DNA of 64,000 bases from the human T2T-CHM13v2.0 reference genome, Homo sapiens: NCBI RefSeq assembly GCF_009914755.1, contig NC_060926.1. One strand, 5' to 3'. A program made the position numbers and the translations under genes. Below the pieces are notes generated by a model. That model was not told the DNA's origin. It made no database searches and worked only from the letters and a program-made list of their open reading frames with translations. This document shows, piece after piece, positions 30,279-43,885 of this stretch. The first letter of the stretch is position 1. Each line of letters begins with the position of its first letter.

Positions 30279-33200
30279 GTTTAATTCTAACATTGCCCAT
30301 GGATTTTTTTTTTTCTGTACAGCTTGAAGATAAGATAGTTAAAGACTCTGTTACAATTTAAACATCATAAAAATGTGAAGAGTAAGTGGTGAGGCAAGAA
30401 ACAAAATTGGGGGAAATGGTGGGGATCGTGAATATATAAGTGAAGTTTTATTTTTTTAAGGTGTAAAGGAGTGAGAATAGAGTAATTGCTTTTTAAAAAG
30501 AAAGTATAAATGGGTTAATTTTTTTCTTCCAACTTTGACTTTAATTCAGTAAGAAAGGCCTAGGTTTCATCTCATATTCTTCATAATTGATTTTCAAGAA
30601 GTTAATTTGTCATTCAGCCTAGGAGGCTATAAAACAGCAGTTAGTTGGCATTATTAGACTAAAACTTGGGTGGGGGGAGGAGACTGTTTCCTCATTGCTG
30701 CAACCCATGTCTATCCTATTCCTAAGCCATTAGAAAGACCTTGTACTTTGTATAGAAACATTAGAGTGAGGTTTTGATTTTTAACATAGTACTCTCAAAC
30801 TTTGATGTGCATATGAACAAGTGGATTCTGATTCAGTAGATCTGCATTGGGCCCCGTGAGTCTTTTTAAACACAGTCCCAGGTGATTCATGCAGATGCCT
30901 GTGAACTGCGCTGGTAGATGGGCCTAAGAGGCTTCAGGCTGTGTTTTAGGTTTTGGTAAGCCAGGCAGATTCAAGTCCTTTTATAACTGTCAATTTTGTG
31001 AATTGGGGATGCAGACTGGTTTTGAAGGCTTAAAGTTCAAAAATTATAAGAAAGTTAAGAATTTTGCTTAAGAGCCTTTTAAAAATATGGACGATTTATT
31101 TTTTAAGTAGGCAGACTAAGAATTTCAAGTTATAAAGAATCTTATTGATAAGGCAAAGTAGACAAAGTATTTTCTCATGAGTATTTGTGGGTTATGTTTT
31201 TGTTAATATAAAAGTTGATTTCTAAGTATTAGAATATATTTAGTCTCTAAATAAATCTTGCCTTCTATTATGGATCATCGTTATTAATAAACATGGAAAA
31301 TCAACACTACCCCTAATATTAATCTGGCAGTTAAATTTAGTAGTGCTATAATGAATAAGTCAGTCTAGCAGATATGCCCTGTCATTATACTGCGGACCTC
31401 TGGTCACTTAATTTTCTGTTATATTATGTGGTTGAAAATTCCTGTTTCATCGTAAAGTGAAATTTGAAAGATGGAGTTGAATAATATGATTCTCGAAAAG
31501 TGAGTTTTTCTTGGAATTCTGTTAAGGTGTTAGATTTTCCTCACATATTTAAATAATCTGTAAGAACTACCCTGAAAGCACTAAGGAAAATGTAGCCGAA
31601 AGTTAAGTAATAGGTTTTAAAAATTTATCAAAATTTATTGATAGTTTGATCTGTAAAACAAATTGGGTTTCGTGCTTTCTGATGTCCAGTTAATAAGTAT
31701 GTTATGTGCCAGGCTTTACATATTGCTCTTTGCAAGTAGCCGTTAAAGTGTAAGTCATTGAAGTTTGAAGATCTATAAATATTTAATATAGTAGTCTAAA
31801 CAGTTGTGAGAATTTACTCAGTTCTGAAATAGAATGTTAAATTTTCCGATGTGGTCCTAATCATTTTTTTCTTTACATACTAAGCCTTCCTTTCTCCAAA
31901 GAACAGTTAAAACCAAATGTGTTATGGTAAGCTGTAAATACCGTTGGAATAAAAGATAACCGTTCATCTTACCTAAAAAATTGAAGACAATATTTTCCAT
32001 TGTTGATGTCACAAGTAAGAAAAAAACTCTAACTTTTGTACTCTACTTGTAGCAGAGGGAATATTTTTGGCCACAGTGTGCCAATTTATAATTGTAGATA
32101 AAGCTGAATTTACTGGGCAGCAAGCTTATATGCTGATAGAAGTTGATGCACTGAGAAGTGATGAGTTGAAGAGAATGGAAAAGGCAGATTGAGCTGGAAT
32201 TTTAATGCATAGTACATTTAGTAGAGAGACAAGCTGTCCTATATACTCCTGTATACTTCAGAAATAGCTGATAGCCTATAGTCTCTGAGAGCTATTCTGT
32301 ACATAGCACAGTATTATAATTGATGTTCATAAATACCCTGAGAGATTATGTTAAAATACATTATTAATACTCCCACAAAAGCAGTAAGTTAATAAGTATT
32401 TCCAACAAAAGGCAGCTTTGTTTCTTAAACGGATAAACAACATATAACTAGGAAGATCATCTTCAAAATAAAGTGTCATGGAACTGAAAATAGAGTATAG
32501 TCTAACAATTATTTTGATACACTATTGAATAGCTAACAAGTGTCTAAAGAATTTTTTATTTTTATAGAATAGGAAGTTTCTAAAAGAAAACAATTAAGAG
32601 CAAAATTGGTTTTGAGTATAGAAACTGAAGGATGGCAGTCTTAACTCCTAAGTTTTTTACAGAGCACAGATTGGTAAACTAGCATGCCACCTGTTTTTTG
32701 TACTATCTGTGAGCTGAGACTGGTTTTTACATTTTTTAATGGTGAAAAAAGTCAAAAGAAGGAGGACATTTTGTGACACATGAAAACATATTAAATTAAA
32801 ATTTCAGTATCCAGAAATAAAGTTTTATTGGAACAGCTGTGCTTATTGTCTTTAGCTGCTTTCCTGGTACAGTGGCTGAGTTTAGTAGTATAGCAGAGTC
32901 TGTATGGCTTCCAACAGTCAAAATACTGCCTGGCCTTTTAAAGAGTTTGTCAATCCCTTTTATGGAGGAAGGTTTTGCTCATGCATGGCATGTTAGTCAA
33001 TTTAGTTATTTGCTTCTAGCTGGCAGAATGTGGTCTTGATTACTTAATTTCTGTTACCCCTGTGTTTTCCAGAATGGCTTCTCCTGATTTTACTTACATG
33101 TTTTACTATTGCTCAAATTACAGATACTAGGAAACACTACTACTTTATAAGTACACTTCTTTTTCCTACTTAAACTCTCAAACTACAGTTACGTATTTGC

Positions 33201-33524
33201 CATGATGTTAAGGGACCTTGATGGTCTGTGAATTATCAGTTGCTTTCTGCACTACCTCCTGTAGATAGACCTGACTGATAGCACTTACAAAAAGACTGAT
33301 AGATGCCAAATCAGTCATTTATTAACCCTCTAATATTGTTGTCCCGATCATTTGGTAAACGCTAAGAGAGCTTAGTTTTACATTCACAAAGTATTTGTAT
33401 TTGATAAGTCTTAAAAATGATTTAAGTTGAAGCCTAACAGAAGTACTTGTTCATTCCTCAGTTACCTGCAAATAATGGAAATAATGGTGCAGTCAGTTTT
33501 ATTTGATTGTGTAATGCTTTATAC

Positions 33525-33750
33525 TAGGGGTCTCAAACCCCTGGGTGGCATTAGATTCTTACAGGAGCGTGAACCCTATTGTGAACTGCACATGCAAGAG
33601 ATCTAGGTTGTGCGCTCATTATGAGAATCTAATACCCGATGATCTGAGGTGGAACAGTCTCATCCTGAAACCATCTACCCCAACACCTGTGTCTGTGGAA
33701 ATTGTCTCCACGAAACCGGTCCCTGTTGAAAAAAGGTTAGGGGACCACTG
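33525..33750. mobile_element. MER1B-like hAT MITE in the RIF1 3'UTR
   Basis: 8-bp TSD ctttatac (33517-33524, 33751-33758); gtgaactgcacatgc..gatctaggttg core. Confidence 0.8.
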
Positions 33751-33940
33751 CTTTATACAGTGTTTGAAGTAGGCACACTTACAGTTACTATTTCTGGTTC
33801 TTTATGACTGTTGAGGGGGGCAGAATTCTATGTTTGATTCACAGTAAAACTTTTCATGAATCATTGAGGGTTAACTGTTATCACTTGCCAATGGAAACTG
33901 GATATTGAAACATTTTTTTAAGAAATGCACTTTTACCTGA

Positions 33941-33946
33941 AATAAA
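33941..33946 (+). terminator. RIF1: Distal polyadenylation signal of RIF1
   Basis: AATAAA followed ~25-70 nt later by ttgtttttgttgg...ttttttgttttgttgtt. Confidence 0.7.
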
Positions 33947-34501
33947 ACTATAAAAACTAAACTCTGGTACTTGTTTTTGTTGGCTACATTTTGGTTTTTT
34001 GTTTTGTTGTTTTCGTGAGATCTGAAATGAGTATGAATAGTTTAATTCAAATACCACAAAGTGTATGTTATATTCCTCCACAAACATGAACCCTTCCTTT
34101 TCTTTTTCCCCTTTTATGGCCTGCTTTTTAACCACAGAGGTTTTCTGATTTATGCATAGTTTTATGGGTTCCACTGGTTTCTAAATCCAGAGGTGGTGGT
34201 TTTTCTGTTGTTGTTGTTGTTAATGAGTTCAGTTTCTCATTGAACTTGTTAGAAGAGAGGTTTCGTCAAATAAGGGCTGAGTAGATGCAGGCAAGCTTGG
34301 AGAGGCAGTCCACATGGTGTGGGCGAGGGCAGAGGTGGCACTGCCAGGCTAGTCACCAGATGAAGTAAATGCCTCACCCCAACATGACCTTAACTTCCTC
34401 TGCAGAACCAAGCATGTTGATGGCAGCCGAAGAAAAGCTCCATAGTTTTAAGGAAAACAACAACAACAACAATTAGGGTAAACAGTGATGTTGAAAGACA
34501 C

Positions 34502-34930
34502 TGTATTAGTTTCCTAGGGCTGCTGTAACAGTACCACAAACCTAATAAGTTAAACAACTGAAATGTATTGTCTCAGTTTTGAATAGTAGAGGTCTGAGAT
34601 ATGGTATCAGCAGGGTTTGTTCCTTCTAAGGACTGTGTGGAAGTTATCTGTCCCATACCTCTCCCCAGCTAGCTTGGTGGTGTGCTGGCCATTTTTGACA
34701 GGTAGAGGTATTTCCCCAATCTCCCATCTTCATATGACTTTCTACCTATGTGCCTGTGTATTTGTCTAAATTTCCCTTTTATAAGGATAGCAAGGCCATT
34801 GGATTAGGGCCTCATCTGAATTAACAGCATCTGCAAGGATCCTATTTACAAGGTCACATTCTGAGGCCTTGGGGGTTAGGACTTAACATGAATTTGGGGG
34901 TGGGAGGGTGGGACACAATACAGTTCATAC
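34502..34930. mobile_element. MLT1 (MaLR) solo LTR
   Basis: tgtattagtttcctagggctgctgtaaca ... aaggtcacattctgagg..gggttaggactt. Confidence 0.75.
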
Positions 34931-35337
34931 ATTTGAGTGAGATTTGATTGAGATGTAACCCATAGACCTAATTTCTCCCTTTTATAGTTTCTTGAAGATG
35001 GCTCTTTGCAGCCTACGTGGTAGTGGAGATATATACAAAGGACTTCCCTAGTATCGTTGGACCAACAAGCACAAGCAGATGGCAGGAAGATTAGAACATT
35101 GGATATTGATTGCCAGTTTTTAAGGTGTGTTAATTTTCTTGTGATTAATGTTTTAAGAGTCCTTTATAAGATACACACTGAAAGGTGACTAATCTATAAT
35201 GAGATTCAGTATAAGGAAGTTACAAGGTAATGAGAGGAGTGCATTGGTTTGGTGGAGAGGAAACAGGGTTAACCATGAGTTGATAATTTTTGAGGCTAGT
35301 TGGTGGATGTAGGATTATTCTCTACTTTTATATATAC

Positions 35338-35968
35338 AGTCATCCCTCAATATCCATGGGGTATTGGTTTCAGGACCACCCCTACCTTATGGATATTAAA
35401 ATCCCTAGTGTAAAATGACCTAATATTAGCATATAACCTATGCACATTCTCCCATATACTTTAAATCAGGGTTCCCCAACCCACGGGCTGTGGAGTGGTA
35501 CAGGTCCATGGCCTGTTAGGAAACAGGCTGTACAGCAGGAGGTCGAGTGGCCGGTGAGCAAGCATTACCACCTGAGCTCTGCCTCCTGTCAGCTCACTGG
35601 CCGCAGTAAATTCTTCATGAACTGCACATGCGAGGGATCTAGGTTTGTGCTCCTTATGAGAACCTAACACCTGATCTGAGGTGGAACAGTTTCGTTCCCC
35701 ACTGTGTGGAAAAATTGTCTTCCACAAAACTGGTCCCTAGTGCCAAAAAGGCTGGGGACCTGTGCTTTAAATCATCTCTTGATTATAATACCTAATATAA
35801 TGTAAATGTATGTAAATATGTTATACTGTATTGTTTAAGGACTAATCACAAGAAGAAAGTCTAGCTGTTCAGTACAGATGTGACCATCTTTTTTTTTCTG
35901 AATATTTTTGATTCATGGTTGGTTGAATTTGTGGATGTGGAACTCAAGGATCTTGGAAAGCCAGCTGC
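35338..35968. mobile_element. MER2 containing a nested MER1B (35467-35764)
   Basis: MER2 ends cagtcatccctc.. / ggttggttgaatt..; inner element flanked by 8-bp TSD ctttaaat. Confidence 0.8.
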
Positions 35969-36102
35969 ATGTTGAACATTTTCCAGGCTTTAAAGAAAAA
36001 TCTGTAAGAGACAAAGGTTCTGTTGTTCTTTGCAATAGCACCTGCAAAGTGTGCCTTGGCAAACCGATAAAGTAAATAGGAAATTTAAAACTAAACCAGC
36101 CA

Positions 36103-36396
36103 GGCCAGGTCCAGTGGCTCAGGCCTGTAATCCCAGCACTTTGGGAGGCTGAGGTGGTCGGATCACCTGAAGTCAGGAGTTCAAGACCAGTCTGGCCAAT
36201 ATGGCAAAACCCTGTCTGTACTGAAAATACAAACATTAGCCCAGAGTGGTGGCGCACGCCTGTAGTCCCAGCTACTCAGGAGGCTGAGACACAAGAATCA
36301 CTTGAACCCAGGAGGGAGAGGTTGCAGTGAGTAGAGATTGGGCCACTGCACTCCAGCCTGGGCAACAGAGGGAGACTCTGTCTCCAAACAAAAAAA
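36103..36396 (+). mobile_element. AluS
   Basis: Sense Alu. Confidence 0.9.
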
Positions 36397-37143
36397 TGGC
36401 TCATTGTAATGGAGATAGCATATACTTTAGTATTCTAAAAGTTTGGGAGTTGGAAATCACAATAGGATTGTTGCCTACTTGCATTTTTATCCAGTTTAAG
36501 GCAAGATGGAAGACTTGGGAGCAGGAGAGTAGCACCATTTGGCACCATTTGGATGGTTAAGCATAATCTGCCTTTTCTTGGGTCTGCAAATTCCCTAAGG
36601 GCATCAACTGTCTCTTGTTCTTCACTTGAGCTTCAGCCTCTAACCCAGTGCCTGGCATAGAGGTGTACGTTGGTCATTCGCAAGTGAGTGCGCTCTCTTC
36701 ACAAGAGCATTTTCTCCCTGTGAGTCTCAGACACATTAAGAAGCTTGAGGCAGCATTACTACGGCTGTAAAGTTACAGGGACTTACCTACCTTCTAGGAA
36801 GAACAGTCTGTAAACTTAAACATTAAGCCATTATGGTTGCTTCTTCTCCCTTTGCCTTTGCCACATGCTGCCATCCTACTGGATACAGATGGGAAAGATG
36901 CCCTTGAAGTTAGGATTGGAGTCCACAGATGTTCTTAAAACTGTAATAGAAGCTTGCTGAATGCAAGTATAGATAGAATTTTGAGAATGTCTACTCTTAG
37001 GCATAACAGTACATTTTTTAAATTTAGATAATTTTTTAGTAATTTTATGTACAATTTGCTTCATTGAATTTTTATAGGTAGATATTAAAACCATTAAACA
37101 TAAATAATGCTCATTCCATCCACAGAGTTGCAGAATTAGAGGT

Positions 37144-37149
37144 TTTATT
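37144..37149 (-). terminator. NEB: NEB polyadenylation signal
   Basis: tttatt on + = AATAAA on -, ~400 nt after the NEB stop. Confidence 0.75.
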
Positions 37150-37548
37150 AGTTGCTGGTTTGTATTGATTATAAGTTTATAACTTCAGAACTGAATTAGA
37201 AATAATAAGCATTAGCAATCAGCAAGGAAAAGGTGAACATCTCTGCTATTTTTCCTTTAATGTGTTTGGCATATTCAAAATCCCTGTTTTAGAAAAGAAA
37301 TAATGTTAAAACATGTTTATAATGGAGAAAGACTCTAGGCACAGAAATAATATTGCAGAAGCTTTTAAAGTGTCTGTTCTGCAACTTATTTTAAAACCCA
37401 AAGGAGAAAGGATGGTACTACCATAAATCACATTGACACAGAAAAACCATAGGCAGCTTGAGAACTTAGGTAACAGTGGAGAGTCTAAACCGAAACATTG
37501 ACTGCAGGATCTGTAAGTCCTGCAGACAAGTGTGATGCTTTGAAATGC

Positions 37549-37722
37549 CTAAATAGCTTCAACGTAGTTGGCTGGGAGCATTCCGGTCCTGCCAGTCCTC
37601 TGCACAGTGCCATACATCCAGCCTTCATCAATTGCTTGAACATTTATGATGGCATCTCCATCCTTGAAGGACACCTCATCTGCATCAGCAGCCATATAGT
37701 CATACATGGCACGGAAGATTTT
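37549..37722 (-). CDS. NEB: Nebulin last coding exon (183), SH3 domain: [23 protein letters not shown]...[11 protein letters not shown]
   Basis: 58 codons including TAG; SH3 signatures A(L/M)YDY, GW and PANYV; preceded by an ag acceptor. Confidence 0.97.
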   Translation of the reverse strand, partial: KIFRAMYDYMAADADEVSFKDGDAIINVQAIDEGWMYGTVQRTGRTGMLPANYVEAI

Positions 37723-37854
37723 CTATTCGTGGGGATGGAAAAGGGGAAATATTATATGTTGGATTTGCAACAGTTAACACACATCTATTTGTAAGATCTC
37801 TCATGACTGACTCCACAAACTTAAGTTGAACAAAAGAGAATGTGCAAGCATCAA

Positions 37855-38820
37855 CAAAGTAAAAGGAACCCACAAAATAGGAAATACTTGCAAGTCATGT
37901 ATCTGATAGGCAATTAATATCCAGAACATATGACGAACTCCTACAACTCAATGCCTTCCCCCACCAAAAGAGGCAAAGGATATGAATAGACATTTCTCCA
38001 AAAAAGATAGACAAATAGCCAAAAAGCACACAAAAGGATGCTCAAAATTAGTCATCTGGAAAATGCAAATTATTAAAACCACAATGAGATACCCCTTCAC
38101 ACATGCCAGAATGGTGATGATAAAAAAGACAGACAATAACAGACATTAGAAAGGATGTGGAGAAATTGGGTCCTTCATAAACCACTGGTGGAAGTGGAAA
38201 AGAGTGCAGCCACCTTGGAAAAGAATTTGGCAGTTATCACATGTTAAATACAGCATTACCCTATGGCCCAGCAAATTCCACTCCTAGGTGTATACCCAAG
38301 AAGAATGAAGACATAGGTCTGCACAATAATTTGTACATCCATGTCCGTAGCAGCATTACTCATAATAGCCAAAAAGTGGAAACAACTTAAATGCCCACCA
38401 ACTGATGAATGCATAAGCAAGATCTGGTATATCCATACAGATCTATTATTGGGTAGTAACAAGAATGGGGTAGTAACAAGAATGAAGTACTGACACATGA
38501 TACAACATGGATGAACTTCAAAAGTAAAGGACGCCATGCACCAAGGTCAGTATATTGTATGGTTTTATTTATATGAAATGTCTTAGGTAGCCAAATAATA
38601 TAGTGACAGGAAATGGATACCTAGGATTGGATGGAGCAGAAAGGGGATGGAGAATGAATGCCAATGGGCACCAGCATTTGTTTGTTTGTTTTAATTCACC
38701 AGAAGAGTTTTGAATACAGTTTTTTTTATGGTGATGAAAGTATTCTAAAATTAGATTATGGAGATGGTTGGAAAAAAAGCTTAAAATCATTGTACACTTT
38801 ATGAACTTCATACTAAGTTA
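37855..38820 (+). mobile_element. Old L1M (L1MB/ME-like) ORF2 end/3'UTR
   Basis: atgaatagacatttctccaaa..., cagcaaattccactcctaggtgtatacccaag, atacaacatggatgaac. Confidence 0.8.
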
Positions 38821-40153
38821 TGTATGCATGAAATTGTGTGTGTGTGCGCATGTGCGTGTGTGTGTACTGACAGAAAAGACAGAATATGCTGCTAATTTTA
38901 TTTATGGCCTTTTTCTACCTTTCGAAGAGGTCAGTCTTGTATTTTAGAGAAGAATTTGAAAACCCGTAGCACTATTGCATGTCATCTTTCACTCTGGGAA
39001 TTTGGGAGCATACGAGTAGTAAAAGTTTCTCAAAGCTATCCTCCACAGTGTTAAAATTGTAATAATTTGGAGGTATATAATAAGTGATAATATCAAAAGT
39101 TTCTTCCTAGGAGCAGCCACTGGTTAGTAGTTTTGGATGTAACCTATATGGTTTTTTCTTGCATTTTGAAATTCACATGCATATATTCAAAATCACATGC
39201 ATATATTCAAATTCACAAATAGATTTCCTTTCCCCTTTGCATAAGTGGAACATTACTATAAATAATACTGTGATTTGTTCTTTCCATTTAATATAGCTTG
39301 GAAGTCTTTCCATGTAAATATAGCTGTATCTTACCCTTTTTGACTGCTGCAGAGAATTTCACATTTTAATAATATCACGAATTATTCAGCCATTTTCATT
39401 TTTCTGGACATTTAGTTGTCACCATTTTTTCTTACACTATAATGAGCATCCTACCGTTTATCTTTGGGCAAATAATTTCTGAAGAAAAAGCTTTTGAAGG
39501 TAAAAGTTTTAGGTCAAATGGCATGTGTGTTTAAACTTATTTTATACATACACACATATATATATATGTATAAAATAATTTTACAAATAGAGATGGGGTT
39601 TTGCCTTGTTGCATAGGCTGGTCTTAAACTCCTGGACTCAAGCAGTCCTCCCACCTCCTAAAGTGCTGGGATTACAGGTGTGAGCCACTATTCCTGACCT
39701 AATTTTTTAAGTTTTCTGTTAAAATGTTCGAATATGATACAATATGATATTTGATTCAATTTGATACTTTGTATTATGTACTTTATCTTATTTTTATATT
39801 CTTGGTTACTAGCACTTTTATTTTTATATTCCTGGTTACTAGTCATGGTGAACACCTTTTTCTGTTGGCCATTTATATTTATTTTGCCATAAATTATCTA
39901 TTCTTAGTCTTCCAAGTCCTATTTTGAGGGCGAGGGGAATAATTTATCAGTGAATTTTAGAGTTCTTTATTCTTTTTCAATATTAATATTTTTGTTATGT
40001 ATGCTGTAAATGTTTTCTCCCAGTCTGACATGTTTGTATTTATTTGTTATAGAAACATTTAAAATTTTATGATCAAATTGGCCAGACTTTTATACTTCTA
40101 GATTTTGGAATTTGCCTGGGAAGGCTTTCCCCTTTATATTTTAAAATAATTGT

Positions 40154-40450
40154 GGCCGGGCTGAGTGGCTGATGCCTGTAATCCCAGCATTTTAGGAGGC
40201 CAAAGCAGGCAGAGGGCTTGAGCCTAGGGGTTTGAGACCAGCCTGGGCAACATAGTGAGCCTCTACCAAAAAAAAAAAAAAAAAAATTAGCCTAGAATGG
40301 CATATACACCTGTAGTCCTAGCTATTCTGGTGGCTGAGGCTGGAGGATTGCTTGAGTCCATGAAGTCGAGACTGCAGCGAGCTGTGATCATGCCACCACA
40401 CTGCAGCCTGGGTGATAGAGTGAGACCCTGTCTCTAAAAATAAAAAAAAA
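40154..40450 (+). mobile_element. AluJ
   Basis: Sense Alu with expanded middle A-tract. Confidence 0.88.
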
Positions 40451-41199
40451 GTATTCTGTATTATTCTTTGTACTTCTACAATTTTGTATTTTACATCTAA
40501 ATCTTTGGTACAGCTACAGTTTATGCTTTGAGATGGGTATCTAATTTTATTATTTTACTAAATAGATAACTGGTTACCTCAGATCATATAATTAAATAAC
40601 TTACCCCTTTCTTGCTGATTTATAATTCTTTTAGGGTCTGTTTCTGGACTTCATCTATTTTTGTATCTATTGCCATGCTAAATCGATATTTTGTATCTAT
40701 TGCCATGCTAAATCCATATTTAATTTTAATAGCTTTATAGTATGTTTTGTTCTTTTTTAGTTGAGTCCTTAAGTATTATCATTTTCAAATTTTACTTGAT
40801 TATCCTTGCAGCTTTTTCAAATTTTAGGGTTAGCACAGTTTCTTTAAATGCTATTGGGATTTATATTGGAATTGAATGCATTGGTTTATTTCAGGGAAAA
40901 TTAGAACTTTACAGTATTCCCTTCCTTAAATATAATAGGTCTAACACTTATTTAGACCTTCTTGTATGTCATTTAATAAAGACAGTTGTCTTCATACAAA
41001 GATTGTTCATATCAATCCTAAAGTATTAGGCTTTTGAGGATATTATGAATGAGATCCAGGGTTTTAAACTAAGAGTTGTGAAGTAGTCTGGTGAACTGTG
41101 AAGATGATTTGGCTTACCATTTCTATATATATTAATAGGGGAGATGTAAGATAAGGCATGTATATATGTGGGCACATTGCATACATCTATACATTCTTG

Positions 41200-41484
41200 A
41201 TTTTTGAGACAGGGTCTCCCTCTGTCATCCAGGCTGGAGTACAGTGGTGCAGTTATGGCTCACTGCAACCTCAAATTTCCAGGCTCAAGCAATCCTCCCA
41301 CCTCAACTTCCTCAGTAGCTGGGGCTATAGATGCACCACCACACCTGGCTAATTTTTTGGTTTTTAGTAGAGATGAAGTCTCACTATGTTGCATAGGCTG
41401 GTCTCAAACTCCTGAGCTCAAGCAATCCTCCTGCATCAGCGTCCCAAAGTGCTGGCATTATAGGCATGATTCACTATGCCCAGC
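41200..41484 (-). mobile_element. AluJ
   Basis: Antisense Alu. Confidence 0.88.
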
Positions 41485-41759
41485 AAATGTTTAAGATAGT
41501 AGGTGAGACCAATGAGCCAAAACTGATGCTTTGCTCTAGGTTTGGGTTTTTTTTTTAAGTTATTGAATAATGCTTTTCATTAATTTGAGTTAGATAATGA
41601 AAGTTTTCTGATATCATTAATATGAAACATGTAATAAAAGAGCATTATATAAAATAGAAGGTTTGGTTAAAAAAACCCGTAATACCTAATACTTATAATC
41701 ATGTTTGCACATATCAAAAATTAAGAATAATTTATTTAAGTGAGTTGTTATTCACTTAC

Positions 41760-41866
41760 TCCAGCAGTAGATGGATGAGATGGGATGGAAGATACCGTTG
41801 TCTGTTGGGTAGCAACTGAAGATGATCGTTGTTGTGGGAGCTCTGTGGTTTTTGCATGTTTGTAAG
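41760..41866 (-). CDS. NEB: Nebulin exon 182, Ser-rich region: YKHAKTTELPQQRSSSVATQQTTVSSIPSHPSTAG
   Basis: tttttcag|CT...GGA|gtaagt on -; 107 nt. Confidence 0.94.
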
Positions 41867-42160
41867 CTGAAAAAAAGGGGGCAAATTCTTTATAAGAAGA
41901 AAAATGGCTAGGTATCCTTTAATCTGTGTTTAGCAGCTGAGTGATGTCTTTTTCCCCCAACTTAGAATGATTTCCAAAAAGAGAAATCAAAGAAAATGAA
42001 ACATCTAACTTCATGCAGCCCTCCACAATTCTAGTCTTTTCTCATTAAAGGAAAGGATGAAAAATTTTTAAATTTGTTTTTGTACTCAAAGCATCTCTTA
42101 TAGTAACCATCAATGAGCTGGCCGGGTGGGACTGCCAAAATCAGCGCCAGGCACTTGTAC

Positions 42161-42307
42161 CTGTTGAGACTGCAAAGACACCCCCGTCGCTGTAAGTCGA
42201 AAGGTGGTGGTCTGGTGCTTCTGAATGCTCAGACTTCTCCTCACCCCCACTGACGCTTAGTGCACTGGCAGATCGTGACTGCTCCCGGCTCCGGCGCTGA
42301 GCTTGGA
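42161..42307 (-). CDS. NEB: Nebulin exon 181, Ser-rich region: QAQRRSREQSRSASALSVSGGEEK...FAVST
   Basis: ctcccag|TC...ACAG|gtacaa; 147 nt; ORF 42141..42344. Confidence 0.94.
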
Positions 42308-42826
42308 CTGGGAGAGATGCAGTTGGGGGAGATGTAGCAAACATGAAATTTCTATGGTAGTAATGCCTAACAGTGATTGAATCTCAGTTATTGTTATCTT
42401 TGCCAAGCATGGTTTTAAGTACTTTCCCATGGGTCAAACCCTCACAGTTATTCTGATGTAGGTTTGTCTTTCTTATTTTTACAGATGAGAGCTTACGTAC
42501 ATGACCAAAGGTCATGGAACAGTTAAGTTGTACAGCCAGGTTTCAAATCCAAGAGTCTATTTGTAACATCTCCCCTCCACCCTGCCAATTTTCCTGGCTC
42601 ACCAAAATGAATAAATAGTAATATTCACATTCAGACTCCATCTTTAACTTCTCCAGAAAGTCCTCCCTAACTGCAAATCAATTTAGAGTCTTTCTCTGTG
42701 TTCCCAAAATACCATGGGCAGACCTTTAAAATTGCACATGTCAGAATGCAACCATGGATTTACTTCTGTGTCTTGATCAGAAAACTGGAGTATAAATCCT
42801 TTGAGGACTGTCTCTACATAATATCC

Positions 42827-43035
42827 TTTTTTTTTTTTTTGAGATGGGGTCTCTGTTGCTCAGGCTGAAGGGCGGTGGTACAATCACGGCTCACTGCAGC
42901 TTCAACTTTCTAGGCTCAAGCTATCCTCCCACTTCAGCCCCCTGAACAGCTGGTACTACAGGTGTACAACACCACTCGCGGCTAATTTTTTTTTACTGTT
43001 TGTAGAAAAGGGGTCTCATTCTCTTTTCCAGGCTA
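42827..43035 (-). mobile_element. AluJ (partial)
   Basis: Antisense right arm plus part of the left arm. Confidence 0.82.
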
Positions 43036-43470
43036 GTATTCTGCTTTTTAACATGAAAAGAAGGAATGAAGTTGTGCAGCCTGCTTTGTGTAATGAATAA
43101 ACTTCCTTGATGCAATAGAGCTCAGGAAGTTCCTACAGGTCAAATCCTTTCTCTTCCCTTTGCCTATGTATTTTATGTATTTTCATTATTTCTCCAATAG
43201 AATTACTACTGTTTTTTCTTTGGAAGAAAAATTAGAAATGATAATAATGGGAGACATGCACTGAGGCAGTGAAACAAAATTTTTTCTAACTTGAACTTAT
43301 CTAGAAAGTAAGTTTTGCTCACTAGTTAACAAGGTATTTTTATGCCAAATGGGCAGCTCAGAAAATGGAAAACTCTGGAGGGAAGGAACTTCAGAGCCCA
43401 AATGAAAGTCATTGACTCTAGCATACTAAATGGTGATGTTTATGTTGTAAGCCTTTTTCAGCTAACACAC

Positions 43471-43563
43471 CATTAATCATGTGTAAGCTTCGGGACTGGA
43501 TGTTGTCTTCTGCTGGATCATAGTCAAAAACCGAACCAGGATTAGTACGCCAGACACGTAAAC
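43471..43563 (-). CDS. NEB: Nebulin exon 180: LRVWRTNPGSVFDYDPAEDNIQSRSLHMIN
   Basis: ctttcag|GT...AATG|gtgtgt; 93 nt, phase 1-1. Confidence 0.93.
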
Positions 43564-43885
43564 CTGAAAGGGAAACCAGTGATCAGAACAAGTGTTCTTG
43601 GAGTTTTCCAATAACTTGAAAACCAAGGCATGAATTTTAACAACCACCAAAGGATTGAATCACACTTATTCCAGCTTAGGTTCTGGGTCATGTCTTTTCC
43701 TCAGAGGAGAACAAAGATAAGGTAGAAATCAGCTTTGTAAACTATGAGATAATAGGAGCTTTCTTGCACCTCTAGAAAAACAGATTGAAGTCCTTTATGT
43801 TTTGACTTGATGTAGGTAATGCTACTTTTGTTCTTCTACCCCCTCACTTAAAGTTAATCCCCTCCCCCAACCCAGGCTCAGTTAC

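Noticed and set aside
38836-38866. Alternating purine-pyrimidine (TG/CG) tract with Z-DNA potential
   Set aside because: Common microsatellite at an L1M tail, with nothing pointing to function.
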